Made by a program: the position numbers and the translations under genes
The notes under the pieces: generated by a model
Told to the model about the DNA's origin: nothing
Database searches by the model: none
What the model saw: the letters and a program-made list of their open reading frames with translations, nothing else
Shown: in pieces, positions 27,919 to 43,921 of the stretch
How the letters are laid out: every line of letters starts with the position of its first letter
Position numbering within the stretch: the first letter of the stretch is position 1
DNA from: Octopus vulgaris
Taxonomy: Eukaryota
Reading direction: 5' to 3'
DNA length: 64,000 nt
Assembly (NCBI GenBank): GCA_951406725.2
Contig: OX597833.1
Span: 66,340,001-66,404,000 of the forward strand

Positions 27919-28415
27919 TATTAGAAAGTAAACGCAGGTAAAATTACACCATAAAAATCACAACAGAGATACGTCCATAATATAAACAGTATCGTATTAA
28001 TAAATGAATATATAAAATATAACTATGATAATTTTTAAAGGTTTGAGATATCTTACGATCGTTTCATGTAAGTGCTTCCTTTCGAAATGAAATCCAAAAT
28101 TGATAATCATTTATGCAACACCTTTATCACACGATTTTAAATTAGCATCTCTATCATTCTATTGACTACACTGAAATTCATCCTTTTCCCTGATGAGTGG
28201 ATGTGCTACCTAATAATGATTATCAGTTTTGGGTTTCATTTCGAAAGGAAACACATCCATGAAACGATCGTAAGTTATCTCAAACCTTTTAAAATTATCA
28301 TAGTTTTACTTTATATATATATATATATTTGTTAATACAATGCTATTTATATTATGGACGTATCTCTATTGTGATTTTTATGGTGTAATTTTTCCAGCTT
28401 TTACTTTCTAATATA
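27917..28415. repeat. inverted repeat (~195-bp arms) carrying an HHR core at 28190-28272 (+)
   Basis: 27917-28111 is the reverse complement of 28215-28415; CTGATGA gtggatgtg...cacatccat GAAA cgatcg TA; stem I weak. Confidence 0.8.
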
Positions 28416-28530
28416 AAATCGCTCTAATTGATTCTGTAAATACCTTTAAGGTTTTAGAAATTTCTCATATTAAGAGCACTTATCTGAAATATCTAGTACA
28501 CTTTATTCTCAAAGAATATATTTGATTAAC

Positions 28531-28562
<32 letters not shown>

Positions 28563-28668
28563 TGTATGTATGTATGTATGTATGTATGTATGTATGTATG
28601 TATGTATGTATGTACGTATGCATGCATGTATGTATGTATGTATGTATGTACGTACGTACGCACGTATC

Positions 28669-28735
<67 letters not shown>

Positions 28736-28781
28736 GATATGTATATATATATGTAAAGAAGGACACAAGTGGGGTTCAAAG

Positions 28782-28865
28782 ATTCACAACAGCTGTTTCG
28801 GCAGCATTTAATCGATGCATTCTTAGATTACATCATTAACAAATCCCCACCATCATCAGGTAAAT
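28782..28865 (-). ncRNA. hammerhead ribozyme motif (type I)
   Basis: atttac CTGATGA t ggtgg...ctgcc GAAA cagctg TT gtgaat. Confidence 0.7.
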
Positions 28866-29014
28866 TTTAAACATATAAACAGGTAAGGTAGAAATAGAAG
28901 ATGACCACCCCTCCAACTACTATTCCCAGCGTCATCCGCGTTGATATACCAGGATTCTGATGAACTCTATGACTGATTTATTTATCTAAACGTATATATA
29001 AACACATACACATA

Positions 29015-29418
29015 TATGAAGAAAGGCTGAAGACGCACGACTTTTATTCTCTAGAAAAACGACGACGCCGTGGTGATCTCATTCTTGCTCACAACATCAT
29101 AAGCGGAAAGTGTAACCTCTCGAAAGAGCTGTTCTTCACTCCTGCTCCAGAGCCTCGGCTGCGGGGTCACTCCGAAAAGCTCTATCTGCGAAGATTTCAT
29201 CTCAATCGAAGGAGAGGGGCTTTCTCCGTCCGGGTTGCGGATCCGTGGAATAAGCTGCCGGACGAGATAGTGAAGATGCTGACGACCGCTCGGTTCAAAG
29301 TCTCCCTTGACCACAAGTGGCCTGAACTCTTTACTTGAACACCACCCTGTACATAACTCCATGTCCCCCTACATGGAATTGCTTTTTGCTTTTTGAGCAA
29401 AAAAATTAACTAACTAAC
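29015..29418 (+). mobile_element. CR1-like LINE 3' end (ORF2 C-terminus 29015-29338, 3'UTR, (TAAC)n tail)
   Basis: YEERLKTHDFYSLEKRRRRGDLI...RLRGHSEKL...FSVRVADPWNKLPDEIV...FKVSLD, typical CR1 C-terminal motifs. Confidence 0.9.
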
Positions 29419-29495
29419 ATATATGTACGTATACATACATGTAATACTGCGGTTTTAAACACTTCGATCAACGAAGATTATCCTAGTTTAAAAGG

Positions 29496-29872
29496 ATGAT
29501 GGAAGCACCCCGTCGGTTCCGACGACGAGGGTTCCGGTTGATCCGAATCAACGGAACAGCCTGCTCGTGAAATTAACGTGTAAGTGGCTGAGCACTCCAC
29601 AGACACGTGTACCCTTAACGTAGTTCTCGGGAATATTCAGCGTGACACAGAGAGTGACAAGGCCGACCCTTTGAAATACAGGTACAACAGAAACAGGAAG
29701 TAAGAGTGAGAGAAAGAGTACAGCAGGGATCGCCACTACCCCCTGCTGGAGCCTTGTGGAGCTTCAGGTGTTTTCGCTCAATAAACACTCACAACACCCG
29801 GTCTGGGAATCGAAACCGCGATCCTATGACCGCGAGTCCGCTGCCCTAACCACTGGGCCATTGCGCCTCCAC
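29496..29872 (-). mobile_element. SINE family C, tail variant 3, with 11-bp TSD
   Basis: agtttaaaagg at 29485-29495 and 29873-29883. Confidence 0.9.
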
Positions 29873-30134
29873 AGTTTAAAAGGGAGTAATATTAAATACA
29901 AAATATAAAATAAAAAAAAAAATAAGGGAGATTACACCCAAACATCAGCTAATCCAAATATTTGGATGACAAGGAGAGTGTATTGCACAGACGATCTTAC
30001 CTGTAAAGCCAACCCATGGCAATTAAGGACATGTATTTGTTTCTACACACCTGGAACTATTCAAATTCATCACACAACCCTGATTATCCCACCTTTGCTC
30101 TATCCGTTTCCTTTCTTTGTTAGTCTTGGTTGCT

Positions 30135-30716
<582 letters not shown>

Positions 30717-30825
30717 TTTTTTGTCTTAATGTCAGACTTCCTTGTATATTTGCTTTTCCTTCTTTGACTTACTCCCTTTCTCCGTTTTTTCTTTAATTCT
30801 GCCATATCTTTTACTCCATCGAAAT

Positions 30826-30872
<47 letters not shown>

Positions 30873-31261
30873 GATCTTGGTTCCTATCGTTCACTCGCTA
30901 ACACAAACTGTCTGTCTGTCTGTCTCTCTGCATCTTTTTCTCTCACACACAAATATTTAGACGTACACCAACTCTGGAACACACACAGAAACATAGAACA
31001 TATTCGCAAATACATACATACACATGCACACAAACATATACACGGATATATACATATATACCCACAATCTCACTACAGATACATACAGACATATATATAC
31101 ACATACACAAACACACGAACAGAACCATACGCTCACACATATGCGTATATACATATATACAAAACCAAACAGATACAATAAACACATACACGTGTGTATA
31201 TATATATATGTATATATATCTATATACATATATAATATACGTATATATATATGTATGTATG

Positions 31262-31293
<32 letters not shown>

Positions 31294-31297
31294 TGTA

Positions 31298-31343
<46 letters not shown>

Positions 31344-32115
31344 CATATATGCATACATATATATATATATATATAAACATATTTATACATATATACACAT
31401 ACATACATGCACACATATGTATATACATATATATATGCATATACATACATACATATATATACATATATAATACATACATACATATACACACACATACAAA
31501 CACACACACGCATATATATATATATATATACATACATACACACACACACACGCACACACACACACACACACACATATCATTTCTCCCAGTTCCAATCTCA
31601 GAATAATTTCGTTTTCTTCTTTCTTTCTTTCTTTCGTTTCTTTCTTTCTCTCGATCCGTCTGTTTGTCTCCTCCGTTCTCTCTCTGTCTGTTCGTCTCTC
31701 TCTCTGTCTACCGACCCTTCGTCATTCTAGTAAACATACATTAAAACATCAACAACAACATCAACAACATCAACAACTACAGGCAACAGCAGCAACAGCA
31801 GCAGCAACAATAACAGCGCTCAGAGAAGAAAAAAAAAATCTCAACAAAATTACTACAAAAACCAACAAGAAAACAAACCAACAAAACAACACAACAAAAC
31901 AAAACAGCAAGCAAGACAACAATAACAACATCACCAGCAACAACAGCAACAACAATAGGAACAAGACAAACACAACTTTCAATAGACATTTTGTTTAAGA
32001 AAATTTATATCTCCCAAAATAATAGATTGCCTCCGTGCTCTGGTCTGCTTTATTATTATTTTTTTTTCAAACATTGGCTTCTATTTACGGTATTGAACTT
32101 AAGGGTGATGTGACT

Positions 32116-32180
<65 letters not shown>

Positions 32181-32184
32181 ATAT

Positions 32185-32223
<39 letters not shown>

Positions 32224-32439
32224 TATATGTATATATATATATATATATATATGTATATGTATATCAATATATGTCTATATGTATATATATATGTATATAT
32301 ATGTGTATATATGTATATATATATGTATATATATGTATATATATGTATATATATATATATATGTATGTATATCATTGTATATGCACATACATATGTACGC
32401 ATATATAGGCATATAAACGTATAAATGTATATACACACA

Positions 32440-32491
<52 letters not shown>

Positions 32492-32738
32492 CATACATAT
32501 ATATTTGAATATATGAATATATATATAAATATATATTTTGATACACACACGCGCATGTACATATAAATATATACGAATGCACATATAAATATATATATAT
32601 TTATACATATATATGAATAGATATATACATACACACTCAGAAATATACAAATATTTATATATGTATATATCTATATATATATACGTGAATGTATACGTGC
32701 ATGTGTGAATGTATATGAATAGATATCTATATATACAT

Positions 32739-32781
<43 letters not shown>

Positions 32782-33042
32782 AAGCATACATACATATATA
32801 TGTATGTATATATATATATATATATATATTTATATGAACAAAACAGTGAGATGAAAACTTTCAATGTTTGCTTGCAGTGTTTTTCTATACACATATGTAA
32901 ATATTCAGGAACATACATACTCAATGCAAGTTTATACATACGCAAACACACACACGGACATACGTCTAACACTCACATACATAAGAACAACACAATCTTA
33001 CAAAGGCTATACACATAAACACAAATATACACACACGTCCAC

Positions 33043-33245
33043 GAGCCGGCAGAATCGTTAGTACACCGGGCGAAATGCTCAGTGGTATTTCGCTTGTCCC
33101 TACGTTCTGTGTTCAAATTACGCCGAGGTCGACTTTGCCTTTCATCCTTTCGACGTCGATAAATTAAGTACCAGTGAAACAGTGGGGTCGACGTAATCGA
33201 TTCATCTCCTCCCCCATAATTGCTGCCCTTGAGGCAAAATTTGAA
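33043..33245 (+). mobile_element. SINE family B
   Basis: gagccggcagaatcgttag...gtcgactttgcctttcatcc. Confidence 0.8.
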
Positions 33246-33271
33246 ATCATTATCATCATCATCATTATCTA

Positions 33272-33500
33272 TAGAGCGTGTCTTGCATTTGTGGGTTGTT
33301 TTGTTTAGATTATATGATTGGATTGATAGTGTCTTGCGTAGGATGTGGGCTGTTCCTAGCAGGGCTAATTTTTGGACAGTGTTTAGTGTTGAAGATCCAG
33401 GTATACCTTCTAAATTTTTGTTCATATGTCTTTTTATCATGACCGATGCTCCAATTATTATCGGTGTTGTTTTTACCTTCATGCCCCACATTTTGAATAT
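33272..33500 (-). mobile_element. R4/Dong-like (restriction-like endonuclease) LINE 3' end
   Basis: MWGMKVKTTPIIIGA...VQKLALLGTAHILRKTL, resembling the conserved C-terminus of this clade. Confidence 0.75.
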
Positions 33501-33539
33501 TATTAGTATTATTAGTATTATTAGTAGGAGGAAAGTCTT

Positions 33540-33995
33540 CCTCTTACTCCTCCCCTCCAAAACTAAGGACCTAATCCGAAGAATGCGATGGAAGGCGTTT
33601 TTCTATGATAATCCAAAATATAGAGCTGACAATAATAACAATAAATATAACCTCAAATCATATAAGAACCCTCCGCACAACCGTCATCTCGAAAATTTGA
33701 AGCGGGTATGATCAATCTAATTAGAAACAATAAATTCTCCAAATACAAATCCCCCTTCCAAAAAAAAAAAGCCCTCTAACACTATTACATATCTCACATC
33801 TATCTTCTTTCCTCCACCTCACTCTCTATTTTGTATCACATCGAAACTCACTATGACTTAATTTTTCCTCTCACATCGTCTCCGATGAAGGGATATCATT
33901 AATTAATATCCTAGAAACAGCTGTAAGACCTTCTATCTATAAATGTCCTAATATCTATACAGCCTTGGTTTTTTATCTTATTACGCAAAAAATTC
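33540..33995 (+). mobile_element. PLE remnant: N-terminal RT-domain fragment plus degenerate HHR (33878-33929)
   Basis: KTKDLIRRMRWKAFFY...YNLKSYKNPP; gtct CCGATGA agggatat..atatccta GAAA cagctg TA agac. Confidence 0.7.
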
Positions 33996-34007
33996 TTATA
34001 TATATAT

Positions 34008-34060
<53 letters not shown>

Positions 34061-34068
34061 TAAATATA

Positions 34069-34145
<77 letters not shown>

Positions 34146-34390
34146 TGTATGTATGTATGTATGTATGTATGTATGTGTGTATGTATCTATAATTTATTTC
34201 TGTTATTTGTTTTAGTCATCGGACTGCAGCCATGCTGGAGCACCGCCTTGTTTTTTAGTCAAACACGTCGACACTAGTACTTATCGTTTTCTGTAATATC
34301 TCGTACTACCTGTGGTATGCCGAACCGCTAAGTTCCTGGGACGTAAACACCCAAACACCGGTTGTCATGTAGTTGTGGCGCACACACACA

Positions 34391-34454
<64 letters not shown>

Positions 34455-35670
34455 CCGGGCTTTTTCAATGTCCGACTACCAACTCCACACACAAGATTTT
34501 GGTTGACTCGAAGCTAAAGTAGACGACACGCAAGTGGGACTGAACCAAGAACAATGTGAATGGGAAGCAACATTTCTATCACATTGCCATACATACATAC
34601 ATACATACATACATACATACATACATACATACATACATGCATACATACATACATACATACATACATACATACATGCATACATACATACATACATGCATAC
34701 ATACATGCATACATACATGCATACATACATGCATACATGCATACATACATACATACATACATACATACATACATACATACATACATACGTGCACACATAC
34801 ACACATGCATACATATATACATACATACATACATACATACATACATACATACATACATACATACATGCATACATACATGCATACATACATGCATACATAC
34901 ATACATACATGCATACATACATACATACATACATACATACATACATACATGCATACATACATACATACATACATACATACATACATACATACATACATAC
35001 ATACATACATACATACATACATACATACATACATACATACATACATACATACATACATACATACATGATGATGGCTGCAAACTCGGGTTCGAGTATTGCC
35101 ATCGCCTGATCGAATCTCCCAGACATGCGACGCTCCTACATGACTCTTCAGTCCAGTCAAAGATCTACATTCATCATGCATTTCAATGACCAGCCATTTT
35201 TGCATTTTTACGACCAGCCATTTTGCAACTGGTCTGACTGTTTTTGTTTTTCAAGGGATGTCTGTGCATGATGACTTTTGTTAATGAAGAAAAGTTTTGC
35301 ACAAATCCAATTCCCACTCTCTGAAAATGGACAACATAAACTCGAAAAAAAGAACTAGACTACATCATCGAATATTGTCAGTGTCGCAGGTTTTCTCTCA
35401 GTGTTTCCCTCACCTGGAGAGATGTGACAACACAGGGGCCTCCCACCATGTGCCTGGACACAAACCCAAGCAATTCCACGTCCCCGCGCATACATACACA
35501 GTCAACGGTTGTTCAACAGTATGCATACAATTATACGTACATACATACATATATACATATAAATCTCTAGCACTCTATTTGTATATTAATATGCATAAAC
35601 TCATATATGTATGTGTATGTATGCATATATATATATCTTTATACCTATATATATATATGTATATATACAT

Positions 35671-35723
<53 letters not shown>

Positions 35724-36599
35724 CATTTATATATATATACATATAATGAATCCCTATAGTTATGTAACACAGACTTAGAGAAAATTTCATTTAGAAATAC
35801 ACTCCACTCACCAACATACATACATACATACATACATACATACATACATACATACATACATACATACATACATACATACATACACACATACATACATAAT
35901 ACATGCATGCATGCATACATAAATGCATGAATACATACATACATATATACATACATAATACATACATAAATACATACATACATACATACATACATACATA
36001 AATACATACATACATACATACATACATACATACATACATACATACATAAATACATACATACATACATAAATACATAATACATACATAAATACATACATAA
36101 ATACATACATACATACATACATACATACATACATGCATGCATACACATATACATTCATACATACATACATACATACATACGTATATACATAGATATATAT
36201 GAAGATATAAATGTCTTTATCAGAACGCAAGAAACTTAAGAATAAGAACCGAGAGAGAAAGTTAAAAAAAAAATAAAGCGAAATGCGTTCGTTTATTGAA
36301 TCCAGTCTCTAACTAAGCTTGTTAATTTATCAAGTGGAAATGATGTGATGTTTATGGCAGACAGTAAATTAAAATAGAAGACAATAATTGATGAGGGAAA
36401 CGTAATAAAATATTAATACCATTATTACGAGGAATATTAGAAATAAGTACACCAAAATAACAATTTATATACGTGTATATATACATACATACATAAATAC
36501 ATACATACATATATATATACACATACATATATATATACACATACATATATATGTTTGTGTGTGTATGTGTGTGTATAAATATATGTATATTTGTATTTG

Positions 36600-36645
<46 letters not shown>

Positions 36646-36725
36646 TATTTCCATATATATGTATATATACATATATTTCCATATATATGTATATATATAT
36701 ATATATTATATATGAATATTCATGT

Positions 36726-36774
<49 letters not shown>

Positions 36775-36859
36775 AATATGTATATGAATATATTTATACG
36801 TATGCATATATATATATGTATATATATATATGCAAATGCATAATGTATATGTTTGCATG

Positions 36860-36897
<38 letters not shown>

Positions 36898-37849
36898 CAT
36901 TCATACGTTTGTATAGACATGTATACATATGTGCATATATATATATACAATTATACGTATGTCAATATATGGTTATTTGTATACAAATTATGCCTACACG
37001 GTGTTCGGGCACACATCCACACACACCTTCTCTCTCATACATATTTATATACACACATGTATTTACATAACCAGATATGAAAGAAAAAAAATATAATAAT
37101 GAAAACGTCAGCAAAATTGAAGAAAGGAATTGGTAAATTGAAACCTTCGGAATGATCAAAAATAACACAAGAAACTTCTTACCAAAAAAAAAACAAAACA
37201 TAAAAATAAATATCTAAGTAAATAAAGAATACAAACAGACATACAAACAAACAAACAAACAGAATCAACATATTAAACAAACCAAAAAAGTGAAGAACCA
37301 CGCGATAACGCAAAACAAGGGAGACCGCAAAAAAAAAAAAAGAAAAAAAAGAAAAGTTCTTAGAATCTCGCAGAGGCACAAGCACAAAGGAACGAAAAAA
37401 AAACCGTTTTTCTTTTCGTGCAGAAAATTGATTAAATGTTACATAAATATAATTTGGTAAGAATTCAATTTCGCTCTAGTTAAGCTGTTTCACCCTGTGC
37501 AACGTTTGCAAGAAAGGTGTAAAACAGAGAAAAATAAAAAAAAAAAAAACCCAGTTATATAGAAAATACATTTGCTTGTGGTGTTTGTCTGTTGTCTGTT
37601 GTTTTTGTTATTATTATTGTTATTATGAAAGTTATGTAAACTAATAAAAGTTTGATGTTTTATTTTGCCGCTGTGAAGATTCCTCTCTGCTTAGTTTTGA
37701 CTGTCTGTCTGTGCGTCTGTGGCTTTTAAACTTACATTATGCAGATAGGCATACATGTATTCTTGTGTGCAAACAAATAAATGTATGCATGTGAATGCCT
37801 ACAAAGACACACACACACACAAAGACACACACACACACACACACACACA

Positions 37850-37883
<34 letters not shown>

Positions 37884-37899
37884 AAATAAAAGAAGGAAA

Positions 37900-38885
37900 A
37901 TGCACACAGTTTACATACTTTTGATATATCTTATAGGTGGAAGAATATTGTGTTTGTCGACCGGTTTCGCTTTCGCTAATCATGACATTGAAATTATTGT
38001 AATTTCGTACTTTCGTAAGATTTTAATCCATGTTGTATGTGGGGAAGTTTGTGAATGAATAAAAAACCAAGTAGAAAAATCTAAGGGGAGATAATAGGTG
38101 ATCGTTATTACTAGGGACAGAGGAAGTAATTGCTCATCTTTTCGGGGAAGAGATAAGTAAATACATATGCAAAAACTCGGTTCCAAGTATTTCCATCAGA
38201 CACTATTGTGTACATCCTTTTTGCTAAATTAAAAGGGATATTTATTTTGATATGTTTCAGGTGGCGTGAGCTAAACAGAAGATATTGCTTCGAGTCTGTT
38301 GGTGTATGATAAATCTCAGTAACAATTTGGTTGTTGTCTGTTTTTATCATAATATCCAAGAAAGGGAGCTGTTCTTTGCTATATTCCATTGTAAATTGGA
38401 TATTAGGGTTTATATTGTAGTATTGATTTAAATGCCAAAGGTTCATTAATGGCATCCTTCCTAATGATAAAGTAGTCATTCAGATATCTTTCCCAGTTTT
38501 CTTTTATATTTAAAAGTGAAATGGAGATCCATAGTTTTGCAGTGACAATTCACAAATGATTAATTCAAAACATTCCATTATTAGGTTTGCAAGAACAAGG
38601 GCTGCTTTCGTTTCCGTCTCAATTTTGATGATAGTAGGTGACATCAAACAGGAAATAATTGTTCAGACGTATAAATTTTAAAGTTTCAAGAATAGAAACA
38701 TGATTAATGCGTTCCTGGAGTACTTCGGGGTACTTTTCCAGCCAGAATTTCATTGCTTCCATTCCATAGTCATGTGGGATGTTGGTGTAAAGATTAATAA
38801 TATCGAAGGAAACCAATAAGGTCGCTTCATTAGTTCGTTTTGGTGATAGGTGTGAGAGCATAGCTAGATGGACTCTAATGAAATT
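37900..38885 (-). mobile_element. decayed PLE RT with degenerate HHR (37955-37987)
   Basis: [47 protein letters not shown]; tgtc ATGATTA gc gaaa gc GAAA ccgg TC gaca. Confidence 0.85.
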
Positions 38886-38902
38886 AGCATATATGTATAT
38901 AC

Positions 38903-38935
<33 letters not shown>

Positions 38936-38963
38936 TATATATGTATACATATATATATATGTG

Positions 38964-38996
<33 letters not shown>

Positions 38997-39187
38997 ATGT
39001 ATATGTATATATATGTGTGTGTGTATATATGTATATATATGTGTGTGTGTATATGTATATATATGTGTGTGTGTATATATATATATATGTGTGTGTGTGT
39101 CTCTGTATATATATATATATCTATATATATATACATACATCAGCCTTAAATATATATATATGTATGTATTTACACATACACACACAC

Positions 39188-39240
<53 letters not shown>

Positions 39241-39704
39241 CATGCATACATACACACACACGCACACACATATATACATACGTACGCACACAAATATAAA
39301 TATATATGTATATGTATATAAAATTAACTATATCGTCTGTTTGTTTCAGTCATTGGATTGCAGCCATGCTGGGGTATTACTTTGACGGTTTAAGTTGAAT
39401 AAACTACCTCCAGTACTATTTTAAAGCCTAGTCGCTATTCTGTCGGTTATTTTTGCTGAGCCGCTAATTCACAGGGAGCTTAAACAAAGCAACACCAGTT
39501 GTCAAGCGGTGAGGATGGATAAACGCAATCACAAAACATACACGCACACACACACACGAACACACACACACACACACATGTATACACGACAGGCTTCTTT
39601 CAGTTTCCGTTTCCCAAATCCAATCACAAAGCTATAATAAAGATACCCTGACAATGACACCACCACAGGTGAACTGGAGCCGGAACCATATGTTTAAGAG
39701 GCTA

Positions 39705-39851
39705 AAGCTGAGAACTTGTGTTGCGAACTCGAGTTTCACGCAACTGCTATCTTCAGGTGACACTGATATGACTCGGTATTGGTGGTCGTGTCAGTTTCGC
39801 CTGAAGATAACAGTTGCGTGAAACTCGAGTCGCGAGACAAATTCTCAGCTT
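39705..39851. ncRNA. 147-bp hairpin with an HHR motif in each arm (best at 39795-39837, +)
   Basis: tttcgc CTGAAGA taacagttgcgt GAAA ctcgag TC gcgaga; left arm is its reverse complement. Confidence 0.7.
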
Positions 39852-39867
39852 CAGTTTCAATATAAAA

Positions 39868-40436
39868 CCAGAACCTTAGCAACATTTTTTGACCGATCGA
39901 AAACTAAACTTCTTTCAATTAATCGCTTCAGACATCCTTTCTTACCATCCGTTTCGATGGAAGGAATTGACTTACCTGCAAGTCATTCTCTTCGTCTCCT
40001 AGGAGTGATTTTCTGTAATGATTTTTTTTCTTGGAAGACTTACATTGAATCTATTGTTAAATCAACTGCAATGAAGGTGAGCTCACTCCTTCGTTCGAGA
40101 AGTTATCTCACTCCTGAGACTATTCTTTATTGTTATAAGTCCACCATTCGCCCCTGCATTGAGTACTGTTGTCACATGTGGGAAGATGCTCCTGCGGATT
40201 GTATAACTCTGTTGGACCGCATTCAACGCCGTATTTGTAATGATATTGGTCCTTATATCTCTTCTAAATTAGATTCACTCTCTCATTGTCGTTGTGAAAC
40301 TTCCTTGTGTCTTTTCTATAAGTATTTTCATGGACATTGTTCTGCTGAGCTCTCTTCTCTGGTTCCTCCTTTAAGAACTTATCAGCGACCAACTAGACTT
40401 GCATCCAGGTCTCAATTTCTTCCCTCGCACCTCTGA
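39868..40436 (+). mobile_element. CR1/Jockey-group LINE ORF2 C-terminal fragment
   Basis: LRLLGV...YKSTIRPCIEYCCHMW...LLDRIQRR...SLCLFYKYFHGHCSAELSSLVP. Confidence 0.85.
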
Positions 40437-40629
40437 ACTTTGGAGTTCCCTTCCACAGTCTCGTTTTCTTCTTTGATATGACCTTCGGTCTTTTATGTCT
40501 AATGCACAGCGTCACCTACTGACTTCTGTTATATATAGAGATGCAGTTATACAGATGCAGTTATAGCATCCATGTTATTCTAGTAGCTCTTACGTTTTCA
40601 GTGATCTAACGTTTTCAGTGATCTTCGTT

Positions 40630-40847
40630 TATTCTTTTACTTGTTCCAGTCATTTGACTGCGGCCATGCTGGAGCATTGCTTTTAGTTGAAGAAATCGAT
40701 TCCAGGACTTATTCTTTGTAAGCCTAGTCCTTATTCTATCGAACCCTTTTGCGGAATCGCTAGAATACGGGGACGTAAACACATCAGCATCAGTTGTCAA
40801 GCGATGATGGGGGGGACAAACACAGACACCAAAACATATACCATATA

Positions 40848-40881
<34 letters not shown>

Positions 40882-41106
40882 CATACATATATATGTATGT
40901 ATGTATGTATGTATATATATATATATGTATATATATACGACGTGCTTCTTTCAATTTCCGTCTAAGAACTCCACCCACAAGGCTTTGGTCGGGTTGGCCC
41001 GAGGCTATAGTATCAGATACTTGCCCAAAGTGCCACGCAGTGGGGCTGAACCCGGAACCATGTTGTTGTGAAGGAAGCTTCTTACCACACAACCACGCCT
41101 GCGCCT
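40630..41106 (-). mobile_element. SINE family A
   Basis: Reverse complement of the family consensus. Confidence 0.88.
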
Positions 41107-41110
41107 ATAC

Positions 41111-41143
<33 letters not shown>

Positions 41144-41366
41144 TATATGCTCACACGCAGATTTTCAGCAAGCAAGAGTGATGGACTTGCTTGTCATTAA
41201 AGGAATTCCCAGACAACTGCGATAAAACAGTCAGGCGTTGTATTTGCTTGTCAAATCTAAGTATATTGTAAGCATTATATCTTACAATAATAGCTTCCTG
41301 ATGCCAATGGTGCTATATATACATATACATACGTACACGCATACACATATATATATATTTATTTAT

Positions 41367-41492
<126 letters not shown>

Positions 41493-41612
41493 GCTCATAT
41501 ATATATGTATATTTACATATATATACATACATATATAAATATCAATATGTATATATACATATATGTATATATGCATATATTTGTATAACTGCATCTCTAT
41601 ATATAATATATT

Positions 41613-41649
<37 letters not shown>

Positions 41650-41874
41650 TTTATCATATGTATATAGACACATTTACCTTCACACAATATATCTGTGTAT
41701 ATATATATATATATATATGTAAAATGCATACAAAATATACACATACATAATATATATAAATAGATATATTTATAAGTACACACATACATACATACATATA
41801 CACATATATATATGTATATATATATTTGTGTATATATATATGAGTGTGTATATGCATTTGTTTCTATTCGCCTG

Positions 41875-41986
<112 letters not shown>

Positions 41987-42007
41987 GCTATCTATCTATC
42001 TATCTAC

Positions 42008-42065
<58 letters not shown>

Positions 42066-42072
42066 CTATCTC

Positions 42073-42143
<71 letters not shown>

Positions 42144-42567
42144 CTATAAGCATATATTTTCTAATGCAGTATACAATTTGATTAAGAAAGCAAAAAGAAA
42201 AAAAAGAAGTAAAGAATAACAATAGATACGTAAAACAAAAGACAGATGAAAATAATCGCCAGTCTCAAAAGTGAAAAGTTGACAAGCATCTTCAATTGAG
42301 ATTTACTGGGGTGTTACAATTGATCTGACAACCAAGTAAAAAAAAAAAAGCCCCCCCCGCCGAAAACAATGCAAAAATATAATAAAAAAACAAGGTAAGC
42401 AAACAATAACCAGAAGATGAACAAAACGCCCCGGAAAACAAAATGGCGTCTTGAGCTGAAATTGTCCGCCAGAATATTGCCGCTTTGAACAAAGTAAAAC
42501 TTATAAAATAGAACATATAAAAATATGGTTATGTCTATACACACACATACACGCACGTACGCACATG

Positions 42568-42603
<36 letters not shown>

Positions 42604-43155
42604 TTTATCTTGAAATGTTTTATTTAATGAATAAAAGTCCCCAGGAAAAGTTCTTGCCTCATATATATATATATATATACACACAAACATTTCTTTACAT
42701 CTATCTATCTATCTACCTGTCTATCTGTCTGTCTGTCTCTCTGTCTATCTGCCTGTCACTTGTATATATATATATATAGATATATATGTCTATCTATTTA
42801 CACACACACACACACTCTCACTCTCTCATACACACATATAAACACATTTATTTATTTATTTTTGCATTATATATCAGGTGTTTTTAAAACAACACCACTG
42901 TCAGTTACAGGTGTCGGACAGGCCAGCCGAATCAATCACTGGCTCGATGTATTTGCGATGGTGAGTGCTTTACAAGGGATTCTCGTCTTGAAAATCGAGC
43001 AAAACGTATATACACCCTATATTTATTCCAACGCACCACTTTACGGTTTATCGTTGTTCTAGATGATGTATAGTACATCTTCCGTCGGTATTCATCGGCG
43101 AAAGTAATTCAAGTGCATTACTGCCCGGTATATATATATATATAATATAATACAA

Positions 43156-43350
43156 GGCAGCAAGCTGGCAGAAACGTTAGCACGCCAGGCGAAATGCGTA
43201 GCCGTATTTCGTTCAAATTCCGCCGAGGTCGACTTTGCCTTTCATCCTTTCGGGGTCGATAAATTAAGAACCAGTAGTTAACTAGTGTCGATCTAATCAA
43301 CTGGCCCTCTTCCCGCAAATTTCTGACTTTGTGCCTAGAGTAGAAAAGAA
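43156..43350 (+). mobile_element. SINE family B
   Basis: ggcagcaagctggcagaaacgttagcacgcc... Confidence 0.85.
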
Positions 43351-43536
43351 TATGAGTGGAATGTTCTTTTCATTTCTCTGTTTCTCATTTAAGATAATAA
43401 TTCTATGACTACGTTTTTTTTCTTCACTAATTCTTTATATATTTCTTATCCTAAACAGGAAAGAGAAGTGAAAAGAGCATTGCCCACATATTAAACAGTT
43501 GTATATTGACATTTGCTCACCGCTGTATGTATATGT

Positions 43537-43921
43537 AGGAGTGGCTGTGTGGTAAGTAGCTTGTTTACCAACCACATGGTTCCGGGTTCAGTCCCACTGC
43601 GTGGCACCTTGGGCAAGTGTCTTCTATAGCCTCGGGCCGACCAAAGCCTTGTGAGTGGATTTGGTAGAAGGAAACTGAAAGAAGCCCGTCGTATATATGT
43701 ATATATATATTTATATGTATGTGTGTGTGTATGTGTTTGTCCCCCTAGCATTGCTTGACAACCGATGCTGGTGTGTTTATGTCCTCGTAACTTAGCGGTT
43801 CGGCCAAAGAGACCGATAGAATAAGTACTGGGCTTACAAAGAATAATTCCCGGGGTCGAGTTGCTCGATTAAAGGCGGTGCTCCAGCATGGCCGCAGTCA
43901 AAATGACTGAAACAAGTAAAA
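43537..43921 (+). mobile_element. SINE family A
   Basis: Family consensus. Confidence 0.9.
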
